The position numbers and the translations under genes were made by a program. A DNA stretch of 64,000 nucleotides from the NCBI GenBank assembly GCA_963693365.1, contig CAVNZM010000012.1, positions 8,932,001 to 8,996,000 of the forward strand. Reading direction: 5' to 3'. Shown here in pieces: positions 1 to 50,789 of this stretch (position 1 is its first letter; each line of letters starts with the position of its first letter). The notes under the pieces are model-generated. The model worked only from the letters and a program-made list of their open reading frames with translations. It had not been told where the DNA came from and ran no database searches. The DNA comes from Amoebidium appalachense. Its lineage: Eukaryota > Protista > Ichthyosporea.

Positions 1-1
1 G

Positions 2-33
<32 letters not shown>

Positions 34-441
34 TTTGTTTTCTATTCAGTACATAAGTCTCCTCCTTTAGAGTCTGAACCCCCCCCCCCCCCCCCCAAAA
101 ACCCCAACTCTTTATCCCTGCTTTGCAGCGTCCTACACCCCCTCCCTGAAACTCTTCGTGGCCAACCACACACTCAAACTCCATAAAGTATATCCGTCTA
201 TCTCTTTCTTCGCTTTTCTAATGCATGGACTGTTGTGACTGCCCGTGCACGTGGAATGATGCACACGCGCATACAAACTCACTCACTCAATCACATGCAC
301 ACACACGTAACCACACATACACAACAAAAAGGACAGACAGCGATATGGTGGTGGTGGTGGGCATGGAGGAGGTGGAGGTGGTGGTGGTGGGTGGGTGGGT
401 GGGTGGGTGGGTGGGTGGGGGGGGGGGGGGGGGGGAGGGGG

Positions 442-477
<36 letters not shown>

Positions 478-1080
478 GGGGAGCGGGGGGGCGGAGGGGG
501 GGGGGGGAGGGAGAAGGAGGTGAGAGGAAGGGGGGGGGGGGGGTAGATTCGGATTGGCCGAGTCGTTTGAAGTGGAAAAATCACAAAGACCAACCTTAAG
601 GAGTGGTGTATGATTTTAATCCAATCAAGTGTACTCATTCATATGCTTTCCAGAGTGCAGGCGATTATGTACAAATGGCTCTCAGTGGTCGTGTACCACA
701 CCCAGCAAGTCATAATATATACATTATATGTACAGAAAAATGGTATAGCCCGCTCAAAAACAGGAACATATACCATACTATACACAATCCGAGGCATCTC
801 CGCATCCAGTACGAAGTTTACATGGCTCGCCCAGTTAAAACACCCAGTTTGTGCAACACCGGCACCACTCACACATACCCAAAATTACCGTTTGCTCGTA
901 TGAAAAATTAGCTGATTTGTAAAGGGAACAAGAGGTGATTTTTATCAATCATAAACGTCTACTTTACAACAACAATCCATCACGCCATCTACCCCGCCTG
1001 AGCACCAGAATGCCATTTGTCTGCTGTGTGCATTCAACCCCCCGGAATTGTACAAGTGTCTTGCACCGGATCCCCCAGCC

Positions 1081-11580
<10,500 letters not shown>

Positions 11581-12508
11581 TATTACAGACGCCTAAGGCC
11601 TAACTGAACGTGTGTGGGGCGCAGGCCAAGGTCTTACTGTGTGCATTTGTAACGTTGATGCTATGTTGTTGATTGATGTAGTTCGTGGTCGCTGTGATTG
11701 GTCGAATAAACTTTCTATTCTCGCTCCCATCAGATTGAGCCCCAAGATCTTGAATTCAGATCATTCACATCATTGAATTTTAACGCTGGTATTATAACCG
11801 ATAGCTAAGAAAAGAAAATACTATTTTATCTCACAAAAACAAGAAATTTTATTTCATTTTCTGATTTGATGTATTCAATTCAGCTCGAGGTTTTGTGTCT
11901 GTAGAAAAAACGGTTGCTTGGCATTCTAAGAAACAGGAAACCCTGAAAGGCAATTTTTCTTTTGGACCCCATGAAATATTCTCACAGATCTTGGTTTTGG
12001 AAGATTCGTCGAAGCATGGGGGAAACCAATCAGATCAATCGCTTTTTGATACGATTGGAGCCTTAGGCTTATAGGTATATGCTTATCTATATCGGAGGGC
12101 TACTCCCAGTCCCAAATTGTGCATGCCAGGAAGGGTAGCGATATATCATTGGATATAGCAACACAAATAGTACGTAATGAGGTATTTATAAGAATTTAAC
12201 ATCGTTTGCGATATATAACTAGATACACACATATGATTCGACGCCTCCCATACATATCTGCATTCCCCGTTTGCTTCGCTCAAATAGATCTGGTCTAGAT
12301 CTAGAATACATTCCAGACACAGGAACCGTGTTCTGGGACGGTCGTTGTGGCTGTGTCAGTGTTATCTTGAGTTGATAACGAGCAAACAACCGGTTTTGAT
12401 AGAATAGAATGTGAAGATAAAGGAGCTAAAAATAGTGCATAACTCAGAAACCAAGCACGTGCATTGAGATGCCTAAGAAAAGGTCGCCCCCTCCCTCCCT
12501 CCCTCTCT

Positions 12509-12544
<36 letters not shown>

Positions 12545-12564
12545 GATCTCTCTCTCTCTATCTC

Positions 12565-12692
<128 letters not shown>

Positions 12693-13280
12693 GTGTACAC
12701 CAATGAAATTAACATACACAATGATACATACATACATACTCTCCTATTCTTGAAAAGTCCGAAGGTGAGAGGGAACAGTCAGGACGTGCCAGGATGTGAA
12801 TAATTTCGTTTTTCGTAAATTAAATTTGCTCCGAGCCAGGTAGATGATCGTGGTTGGGCCTTTAACAGCACACACACACACAACACGCACGTGCACACGC
12901 ACACATGCAGCAAGCACATGCACGTATATTAGCACAAACGCTCATACGCACACACACAGCACAACGGAATCAGCTGTAATAGTTCGACGTTCTGGCACAC
13001 AATTCACACACAAATGTCCATGTGCACGCACAACACTTACCGTACCGCGAGCGAGTCAGACGTACACGGCCATCATGACATGATGGGTGCACACATGCTC
13101 GTGCACCCACCCAGTGGCACCACACAGGCACATACAGAAAGTTTTGCAGCAGTGCACTGAAAGCTTAAACTGTACGCACACACCTCGAGCTCCGACACGT
13201 TTCGCACATAGTTCTGATATTAGTATGCACAGGGTGTGTGTGCGTGTACACACACACGTGTGTGTGTGTGTGTGTGTGTG

Positions 13281-13323
<43 letters not shown>

Positions 13324-13606
13324 TGTGTGTATGTGTGTGCGTGTGCGTCAATGATACTCTCTGCCTCACTCCCCCCCCCCCCCCCCCCCCCCCCCTTTTC
13401 TTTCTCTTTCTATCTCGGTGTTTGTGTGTTTGTGTGAGACATGTACATGTGCGCATGTCTGTGTGTGTGCACGTGTCTGTGTACGTCTCTCTCTCTGACC
13501 CTTGAAGTTCTCCCGTCACTCTCTGAGATCTCTCTCTCTCTCTATCTCTCTCTCTGTCTCTCTCTCTCTGAGAGCTCTCTTGCTCTGAGAGCTCTCTCTC
13601 TCTGAG

Positions 13607-13670
<64 letters not shown>

Positions 13671-13687
13671 TGTGTGACGTGTGTGTC

Positions 13688-13721
<34 letters not shown>

Positions 13722-13992
13722 CCTGTGTGCATGCTTGTGCGTTTGTGTACACACTGTGTATGTATGGCGTGCACACAGTATTCCATCCCCCCCCCCCCCC
13801 CCCCCCCCCCCCGGCCCCTCTCTCTCCCCCCCCCCCCCCCCCCCCCCCCCCCGGCCCCCCCTTCTCTCGCTAGCACGAGCGTGACTGTACACTGTGCATG
13901 TGTAGTGTACGCCTGTACGTGTGTGTGTATGTACGCACCCCTGTCCGTGTGCTTGTGCAGGCATGGGCGCATGTACACATATTTATTGGTCG

Positions 13993-14042
<50 letters not shown>

Positions 14043-14060
14043 CACCACCACCACCAGCAC

Positions 14061-14091
<31 letters not shown>

Positions 14092-14582
14092 TGCTTCGTA
14101 TTACGACATCTATAAAGTGATATGCTGTCCACTTGTTAACTTCATTTAAAAAATTAGAGTTGCTTAGCCATTGGCTAGCATGTTCATACACAGTCAAAGT
14201 TCAAAAATCATCAAATAGTCTCATTTCTCCAGCCAAAAACATCAATACATAACGGAAAAACGAAGGATAAGAGAAATTCATTACCCAAACTAAAAAGGTG
14301 GTTCCGATTTTTTAAGCCGAATTCCGGAATTTGGCAGGGCACCAGGCCTAATGGCAATGCATGAAAAACTACACACAAAAAGAGGGTAAACCCCCCCCCC
14401 CCCCCCCCCCCCCCCTCCCCCTTTCTCCCCCTCCCCCGGTCTCTCGGTGCTCCCCCACAAAAAGATAGCAATACAGATACACAAAAACAAGGGCAGAAAA
14501 CTCCAACTCAATTGAAATATTACAAAACGGCAATTCATATCATGCCAATCCTAAGCCGCTTTATTGACCCACCTCCCCTACG

Positions 14583-14621
<39 letters not shown>

Positions 14622-14645
14622 CTCCCTCCCTTCCACGTATTCCCC

Positions 14646-19642
<4,997 letters not shown>

Positions 19643-20242
19643 GATGTTTAGTTGCTCTTGAAGTATTATGGAGTATACAGTTTATTCTTTTTTGTTTTTG
19701 TTATGCATGCACTATGTAATAATAATTCACATCACTATGTAGCTGTGCTCCTGCAGCTGTAACGCAAACGCAGACTTAAGGCTGACACGTACTGACGGTG
19801 TCACGCACCATCTCGCCTCGTCGACGGCAGCTTTTTCTTCCTTCTTCGCAGCCCGCAGCCGTTTTTCTTCGCTGCCTTCCTTCTTCGACTTCGCGTACAC
19901 AGATAAGCATTGTCACTACTAGCGAGACATTTCTGCTGAGGTAGGAAGGAAAATGAGGCACCACCACAGTATGTGGTAGGACTTAAGGGGCGGTTACGAA
20001 ACGCATTCAAACCAAATACCATTTCGTATGCCTTTTTGCAAAGATTTACACGAATTTAAGATTTATATCTTCAAGCAATAACCTTTTAAAACGATATTTT
20101 GCGCTATATGTCTATGCTTTTATGTTTTGTGAAGTTCATATTTGTCACCAAGGCATTGCTTTCACAGAGGTGTTTTCCCAGTGTTATCTTTTTCTGCTCC
20201 TCCCAACATCAGCCTGTGCTTTCCTCCCTCTTTACATCAAAA
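19643..20242. promoter_or_regulatory. Probable bidirectional promoter between the CAMLG/GET2 and PFDN5 start codons
   Basis: The two ATGs diverge 600 bp apart. The interval is free of microsatellites and has a CpG-rich core (~19800-19900). Confidence 0.6.
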
Positions 20243-25410
<5,168 letters not shown>

Positions 25411-26165
25411 CCAATCAGGATGCCAATTCAAAATTTTAGTGCTTATCATTTTTTGGTTGTAAAGGTGGATTCTGGATCTCGGTGTGTGTCGGAGCCGGGA
25501 ATGCTTTGTCCCTGTGATGTTTTTGAGTTTTTTCTTTGCCCCTCCTTACTTCCTTATTGGTGAGCAATCCTTTCCAATGTGTCGTGCTTTTTTTTTTTTT
25601 TTGGCTTGTTCTCCCTTTGTTTTTCTTAAGTTTTATTTGGTAGGGTAGTGATTTGGAGGCGTTTCAGCAATACTCCTGATATAGTGTTTGTGAAGACACA
25701 AACAACTAGTATTACACGGTCACCTGGGCATTTGCTAGTTTCAAGAACAGCATAGGTGTTGCATTCACACCCACGTACACAATTGCATGCACACTAACAT
25801 GGCCACACACACACACACTGTTTCAAACGAATATTCACATATGCATACTAACTGACCAGATATTATGTCTGCATTTTTTATTTGTGATTTATCATAAGAT
25901 ATGCCAGCTTGATCTATGAATCGACTATGAATTTGTCATTGTGGGTCGAGATGAGATGCAATGGGTTTCTGCAAGGATAATCGTGCACACATGTGCACAC
26001 TGAATCGCAGAATCTGCCACTGGTTGGCAGTCCCGTACAATGTTTTGCAAACACTCGACGGGTTTGATGCAGGAATCACAGCAGATTTCGACCCCCCCCC
26101 CCCCCCCCCCCCCCCCCCCGGCCACGGCCGCCGCCGCCGCTGCAGTACACGTACGTATACACACA

Positions 26166-26198
<33 letters not shown>

Positions 26199-26654
26199 TA
26201 TGCAAGATCGAGTGCTGATCATGCCCAATTGCCATGGGACCATTTATCAAAACAGCCAGTCACAGCCCATGGGGCCACACCATTGCAGGCCTAGGGTGCC
26301 CATATATATACGTACTGGCTAACACGTGTGTCACAGACACTACATCCCCGCTAATGTTGCACAGCACTGGACATTACGATCCCCCCTGTGCATTGCGCAC
26401 GAGTGAATATACCAAGGAAAGTCGGCAATAAGAAAAAGATAAAATAAAAAAAACCATTCCACTGAGTCCAGAGCTACCAAGTAAGGTATCATGACTAGTT
26501 TCTGAAGCCCACGTTTCAACTTACATACCCTTTGTGCTCTGATATAAATTTGCAGCTTTCGCATATGCCCACTCAATGCCACATACAATACGCAACATAT
26601 CTGCATCTGATACACCTCACATCTATATACATGCATGCGCACACACATTCACAA

Positions 26655-43928
<17,274 letters not shown>

Positions 43929-43994
43929 GCACGGAATTTTCTCTTATGTCGCCTTATGTCGGATTTCCAGAAATGTACGTTCTATAAATGGCAA

Positions 43995-44080
43995 AAACCA
44001 ATCAGAGAGCTCAATCTCATTCGCATGGACCTGCCGTGAGCCACTCAATGACCTAAGTGTTTGACGTCATTGTGACGTTA
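43995..44080 (-). promoter_or_regulatory. CCAAT box (43998-44005) and CRE-like TGACGTCA (44062-44069) upstream of the CLC ATG at 43928
   Basis: Motif matches within 150 bp of the start codon. Function is inferred. Confidence 0.4.
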
Positions 44081-44670
44081 CATCAAGACAGGCCGACATA
44101 GAACTGGATTGTGTGTGTGTGGAAGGGTCAGGAAGGAAACGGTGGGGGGTGGATGCTTAGGGGAGGGGGGCCAGGGGAGAAGGGGGAGAAGGTTGGCTGG
44201 CTATTTGAATGTCTGTCTATGAATAGAATGCCTTGTGTGCATGGGTTACGGGAATGTGTGGATGTGTGTTGAGGTGTTGCAACCAATCGGTACCTCTGAG
44301 AACCCGTACAGATCCATGTGCACCCTGGATTTTACAATTCATTTTTGTTTTTATTTTGTGTTTTTTGTGTGTTCTTTTTTTTTTTCGGGGGGGGGGGAGG
44401 GGGGGGGGGAAATGAAGTGGTGTTATGGCTATGGTGTCTCTCTTTTTGTGTGTGTGTTTATGTGTGTGTGTGTGTGTGTGCGTGTGTGTGCGTGCGTGCG
44501 AGTGTGCGTGCGCGTGTGTATGTGTGCGTGCATGGGTGCGTGCATGTGTGTGTTCGTGCTTGCACGTTGGCACAGGCACCCACCTCCGCTTGGAGCATCT
44601 TCGACTGGCCGGGCATCCAACTGCAGGCAGGATCATAAGTCAGCCACGACACGTACTTGCTATCTCTCCT

Positions 44671-44708
<38 letters not shown>

Positions 44709-44999
44709 CGCCCCCAAAAAGGCCACAGTATACACTCCCCACCCTTTCCCTCCCCCCCCCCCCCCCCTCCCCCTTCCGCCTTCCTCAAGTCCCTTACTCC
44801 GAACTGATCGGGCGTCGACGTACGTGCCTACTTGAAACATTCGTACGCCCACATGCACACACACAAACACACACACAGACAGACAGACCGACAGGAACAC
44901 AAGCCCACAAGCAGAAGCCCATGGACATATCAACACAGCCCCCCCCCCCCTCCCCCCACCTTCTTCCCCCCCGGCGCATATCAACACAGCCCCCCCCCC

Positions 45000-45030
<31 letters not shown>

Positions 45031-46842
45031 ACCTCTCCTCCCCCCCCCCCCCCCCTCCCCCCCCCCGCCGCCCCCTCTCCCCCCCCCCCCGGGGCCTTTT
45101 TGTATGTACCCTCACACACATTCCAACCATCCATCCTCACATTTCTCAAAAAAAGCACACGGACGCTCGGACACGCCCAAACCCCCCCCCCCCCCCCCCC
45201 CCCCCCCCGGTCCCCCTCTCCCTACCACCACCACCCGCCTATTCAACCACTCCCCCCTCCCTCTCCCCCCTCACCCCCCTCTTCCCCTCTCCCCACCACC
45301 ACCACCACCACCACTACACCAAGCTTCACTCATCTACCCTCCTCCCTTCCCCCCCCTTCCCCCCCCCCCCCCCCCCCCAACCACAACCACCACACACACA
45401 CACACACACACACCACACTGTGGTCCTCTGTGTCTATGTGCTCCAGCGCCACGTCATCGTCACTCAGCTGGTCGTCCAGCATCCCCCGTGTGGAGCTGCA
45501 AAACACGTGTGAGCAAGTGCGACACGTGTTTGTGTGTGTATGCTTGGAAATAATAAAAGGTATGCGTGTGCTTCTTGTGTGTGTGTGTGTGTGTAACCGA
45601 GTATTCCTGTGCCGGCATGCGCTGTGCCTGTGTCTCCCATGTATGCAAAGTCAAAGGCGTAGACGTGTTCTTGCCTGTGTGAGTGTGTGCGCCTTTGGGT
45701 ATGTATGTGCAAAGGCCACAATCTTGGGTTTGTGTCTAGGTGTCCGTGGTGTGTGTGTGTCGGTAATCTCCTAAGCGTGCTTGAACATGTCTTGGTGATC
45801 GCGCAAGAGTGTATGGCTGTATTTTTCACCTGAGTGCACGTGTGTGCAGGGCAGTACCCCAAGAGCAGACGGGGGGAGGGATTGGGGGAAAGGTTGGGGG
45901 AAGGGGGGGGGGGGGGGGAAGGGGAGGGGGGGAGGGGGGGGGCGTGGACTGGATGGCAAGTGCATGAGTTCAGCAACGGGTGACATAACAACTCGGGCAA
46001 AGAAGGCGAACCACCGCAGCCGTAGACGTTTATTCCTCCCTATTTATAGGCTTTGTGTGTGTTTCTATAAGCTCTAGGCAAATTGACATGATCTTTTGGT
46101 GCGCGTATGACGTGGCATGTGTGTAATTTCTAAGACGTGGACTCATCAAAGTGCAGGTACTTTCGTGTAGATCTCCGGTAGCTAGTGCTTGTCATGTTCT
46201 TGGAGGCACTCACTCTGAACGGCCCGTGATGGCCGCCATGGTGTAGTGCTACACGCCCACCGCGTCCGCCTCCCTCTTTCCCCGTCGGTGCATGTCATTA
46301 ACCTATGTATCCCTAACAAACCCTAATGCCCTAAACAGTTCATGTTATCAAGGTTTTGTGCCTCTCCGCCTGTCTGTGGTGCACGTCAAACACAAAACTT
46401 TACCATGATCGCTTGTGGGTGGCTCATCGTTTTAAGCGCAAACATACAAAAAAGACATGAAATTCTTGCGTAACTCCTTTCAATTGGTGGATGCATTTTA
46501 TTGCTACCCATATATGGTTATTGCGCTTGGAAACAGGGGAAATCGGTGTAAGCACATTACTTATGTTTACGTGACTTAGGCTATCTTGGACAGCCTAAAC
46601 TCAAACGCTCACCGGCTGGCAGGCTTGCAAGCATTCAGTCATTTCAGTATTTTTCTATCGAAACATTTTCCGAATCAGCCCCATCAACAGCCCCATCGTT
46701 TTCCACACAACATTGCTGTTTCTTTTTCCGTTACATAACCACGTACCGACGTTGAGCCTCTTATCACAAATGGACTAAACACCTCTCCTCCTCCCCTAGC
46801 TGTGTCTAGGGGTGCTCTCCATTCAACAAGCACAGGGACATA

Positions 46843-48237
46843 ATGGACACATTACCCCCCGAGCTTCTAGAGCCCATATTTAGCCACCTTCCCCGCTACA
46901 AAGACAGAGCCGCATGTAGCCTTGTTTGCCGCCGGTGGGTGCGCCCTGCGCGCGAGACTCCGGGCATAGTGGGACTTCTATGGGTGGGGCGTGGACCTAC
47001 AAACACACACACGGGACTGCAATACTGGGACAATGTGCAAAACGGCGCCACAGAACATCCGCTGGATTGGGTGCGTGTGCTGCACGGTCTGTCACTATGG
47101 CGTCGGGCCGTTTCTTCTCTTGGCATAGTGGTGGGCTATCTCCCATCCTCTGTGCGCATGCGTGACGCCTACCTTCAACGTGCACTATCTGTTGCCTCTC
47201 TACAGCGTCTGCATGTGGTGGGGTCTGGACCGTGGGCCGTGCAGGCAGTTTTGCTTGGCAGGGCCACGATTACAGATTTAACCCTCGATGGACGCCTACC
47301 CGAATACGACTTTAGTGAGTGTGCGCAGCTACGGCGCCTCGATTTAACACGGTGCGAAAGCCCTGCCGACCTGTCGTTTTTGGCTAACACCCCGGCACTC
47401 ACGTGCCTGTGCTTCTCACGGCGTAGCTTCACCAACAACCTTTTCGAACTGGGCGTGCTTTCACAGCTTCGGTTTCTTTCCTTGGCCTACTGCACCGTGC
47501 CCAACCTCTCCTTTGTTTCATCCCTACCGAACCTCACCCACCTAGACCTAACGGGTGTGCGTCATCTCACCGACCTTAGCCCTTTAGAGCTATGCGAGCA
47601 CCTTGTTGAGTTGGATTTGACGGCCACCACAGCCAGTCTGCAACCCCTCAAGGCCCTACGTAGCCTCAGAGTACTGCGCCTGGGCCGCACTTCAGAGCTA
47701 CAGCTGGGCGGACTGCCCGGCCTCCAGCAGCTGACGTCACTCTCCTTGGACGGCTGCACTGACCTGAGAGACATAGCCTTTGTGACGTCACGTCAGGTGC
47801 ACCGGCTGGTAAGGCTGGACCTTGCAAGCTGCTTGGCGCTGCGCACTCTTGCCGGGCTGAGGGGGTGTGTGTCCACACTGAGTGTGTTGTGGGCACCAAA
47901 CTGCCTGGGGCTCACAGACCTGACCCCACTCTCTGCCTGTGTGCACCTGCACGTGCTGAACCTGGACGGCAGCCGTGTGGCTGACCTCAGCCCCCTCTCC
48001 CACTGTGTCTCCTTGGTTAGGGTTAGTCTCAAGCGATGCAAGGCAATCACTACAATTGCCCCCTTGGCGAAATGTGTGCATCTAGCGCGAGTTTCTCTCG
48101 ACAGTACAAATATAGTGGATCTGTGTCCTCTTGCGGGTTGTGTGGGCTTAGAGAGGCTGACGCTTAGGCGGTGCCCAGCAAACATGCAGGTCATGTCTTT
48201 GGCCCACCTGCCTAGGTTGAACGTAGTGTGCACATAG
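46843..48237 (+). CDS. F-box / leucine-rich-repeat protein, single exon, 464 aa
   Basis: N-terminal F-box LPPELLEPIFSHLP..DRAACSLVCRRW, followed by more than ten 22-24-aa LRRs (e.g. LTHLDLTGVRHLTDLSPL, LHVLNLDGSRVADLSPL). Confidence 0.9.
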   Translation: MDTLPPELLEPIFSHLPRYKDRAACSLVCRRWVRPARETPGIVGLLWVGRGPTNTHTGLQYWDNVQNGATEHPLDWVRVLHGLSLWRRAVSSLGIVVGYLPSSVRMRDAYLQRALSVASLQRLHVVGSGPWAVQAVLLGRATITDLTLDGRLPEYDFSECAQLRRLDLTRCESPADLSFLANTPALTCLCFSRRSFTNNLFELGVLSQLRFLSLAYCTVPNLSFVSSLPNLTHLDLTGVRHLTDLSPLELCEHLVELDLTATTASLQPLKALRSLRVLRLGRTSELQLGGLPGLQQLTSLSLDGCTDLRDIAFVTSRQVHRLVRLDLASCLALRTLAGLRGCVSTLSVLWAPNCLGLTDLTPLSACVHLHVLNLDGSRVADLSPLSHCVSLVRVSLKRCKAITTIAPLAKCVHLARVSLDSTNIVDLCPLAGCVGLERLTLRRCPANMQVMSLAHLPRLNVVCT

Positions 48238-48800
48238 GAGGTGAGGGTTGGAGAGGGGCCTTGGGTAGAGATTACTTCTCGTTGTACAAGAATGGAACAT
48301 GTATGCCACTTTACTTGAGATGACTAATTTTAATCTTTGACGCTAAAAAACGGTATGAATGTAAGTAAGGACGCTATGGCTGTGCCTTGAACAGTGTCAT
48401 AAAAAAAATGATGTCAATGGTCGTGAATGTGTATGGGGTGGGGTAATTGCGATTGACGGTACGTCAGCACCAACATAACCCTTGACTAAATAAAGGTCAC
48501 TCAACACGTGTGTGTGTGCTTTTTAGGTGTGAGAAATTTATGTTGCCATCAGGTGTACCGTGGCCCCTCATCCTGTCGGAAAAACATCTGCCTGCCCAAG
48601 GTGATGGGCGCCCCCTATTTTATATTGTTCGGAGGCCGCAGGATTGAGTACTGTATAACAACAAAAACGGAAAGGGTGTGTGCTTGTACAGGGAAAAGAA
48701 CAACAGGGAGGCTGTGGGGAGAGGGAAGGGGGGAGAGGGGGCGTCTTAAGGTGTGACTTTCCTGATTTCCCTCCCCTTCCCCTTCCCACCACCACCACCA

Positions 48801-48836
<36 letters not shown>

Positions 48837-49341
48837 ACAATCCCCCCAACTATGTTGCTATTTGCTGCTCTCAGCGGCACCTTCACACATAAAAGCACAA
48901 ACTTAACCTCCCCCCCCCCCCCCCCTCCCCCCCCCCCAAAAAAAAAAAAATACCTTACCTTGAAGCAGACGGCACAGACACTTGGTGAATGGGCAGTCAG
49001 TGTAGTGCTGCCCTCAGTCTGGGGGGATTTAAGAGGTGTGTGTGATTGGTTAGTAAGACTGGGAAACCAGGGAAGTTTTTGATTAGTGGGTGCTTTGTTT
49101 ATATACTTTCCTTTCTTTTTCTTTTGTATCCCTCTTTTTTATTTTATTTTATTTTATTTTTTTATTTTTTTGGGGGGGGGGGAGGGGGGGGGGGAAGAGG
49201 CACATGCAGGGTGACAGACTGCCATATGGTGGGGAGAGAACCAGGCTAACTCTGTTTGTTCAATAGGGAGAATGCGGAAATGCCAGCAGAAAACTTTTTT
49301 CTTTTTTTTTTTTCGTTTTTTGGGAGGAGGGGGGGGGGGAA

Positions 49342-49397
<56 letters not shown>

Positions 49398-50070
49398 GGG
49401 GGGGGGGGGAGGAGGGAGGCATAATGGAAGAATGTACGCAGTCGGATGAGAACCCCACTAACTTCGATTGGAAAATGATTACCCTTATATGGCCAATTCT
49501 TTCTAACTGCGGCCTCTGCAGCCTCCGACAAGCGAGCAACGTGAAATGAGCACTCGATTGTGGTTGGATGTTTTTCACCAATCAGATGCCTTAACCTCGC
49601 GAAGCTGATTCCACATGCTGACCTGTGACTAAAGTAATTAAGGTTCAAACATTACAATATTTAGTGTCGCTCTCATTGTAACAGTTTTTTTCACCAATCA
49701 GATTGCCTAGTTTGGGTTGCTCGTATCCGGTGGGCCCGGTGGAGATGGGGTTGCCTCTGCATTTGATGTGTTTAAGGCAAGGCCTCCTATATGTTTATTT
49801 ATCATGAGGTGGCCTTGGTTTAAGGGCATCCCCACCATGGGTGCCTGGTTTGCACGTGGTTCAAGCTAACTTACCATAGGCCAGTGGTAGCCAATCAGAA
49901 CAGGGGCATGGAAGGGGGGTAAAATGTGTGATTAAACGACGGTGTGAGTGAGAGTATGTTCGCTAGAGACAAAGGAAGAAGGGCCCTGGGCCGGGCAGCA
50001 GTCGCGGGGGGCAGGAGGGGAGTGAGTGTGTGTGTGTGGGGGGGGGGGGGGGGGGGGGGGGTGGATGGGG

Positions 50071-50116
<46 letters not shown>

Positions 50117-50183
50117 GGTAGATTGTGTTACAGAGCAAAAGAAGTAAACAACATTCTTTTTTTCTTTTTTTTCTGGGGGGGGT

Positions 50184-50221
<38 letters not shown>

Positions 50222-50429
50222 AGGGGAAAGGTGGGGGGGAGGGGGGGGGGGGGGGGGGGGGGGAGGGGGGGGGAATCGAGGGGCGGGGGGAAAGGGGGGA
50301 AGGCCGGGGGCAGGGGGGGGGGGGGGGGGGGGGGTTGGAGGGAGGAGGGGAGGGTTGATGCGTACTTAAGTCACACCCTTTTTCCAATTTTTGGTGGTGG
50401 TGGTGGTGATCTCGGTGTGCGCGTGTCTT

Positions 50430-50543
<114 letters not shown>

Positions 50544-50753
50544 CCGAAAGGAGAGGGGACGCGGAAGGGAAGGCTAAGACTGCCTCCGTCCTAGTGTTTA
50601 CCTGTGCCCTAGTGGTTGCTGTGAGGCCCGGCCTGTGTGGCAGCCACGTGTACGGGGTTTGCATCGTCAGAAAAAATCCTTTCTACTACCCGTGTACTCA
50701 GTATGATACTAGCCTGCACACGCACATGCACGCACATGCATATGCACACTGAG

Positions 50754-50789
<36 letters not shown>

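Noticed and set aside
12285-12306. Short palindrome TCTAGATCTAGA
   Set aside because: It is isolated, expected by chance, and has no associated structure.
14250-14355. hAT-like terminus (TAGGCCTG... on the minus strand) downstream of CAMLG
   Set aside because: I found no partner inverted repeat or target duplication.
47175-48233. Antisense ORFs overlapping the F-box/LRR gene (and similar ones over the MFS and RT ORFs)
   Set aside because: These are shadow ORFs of GC-rich coding sequence.
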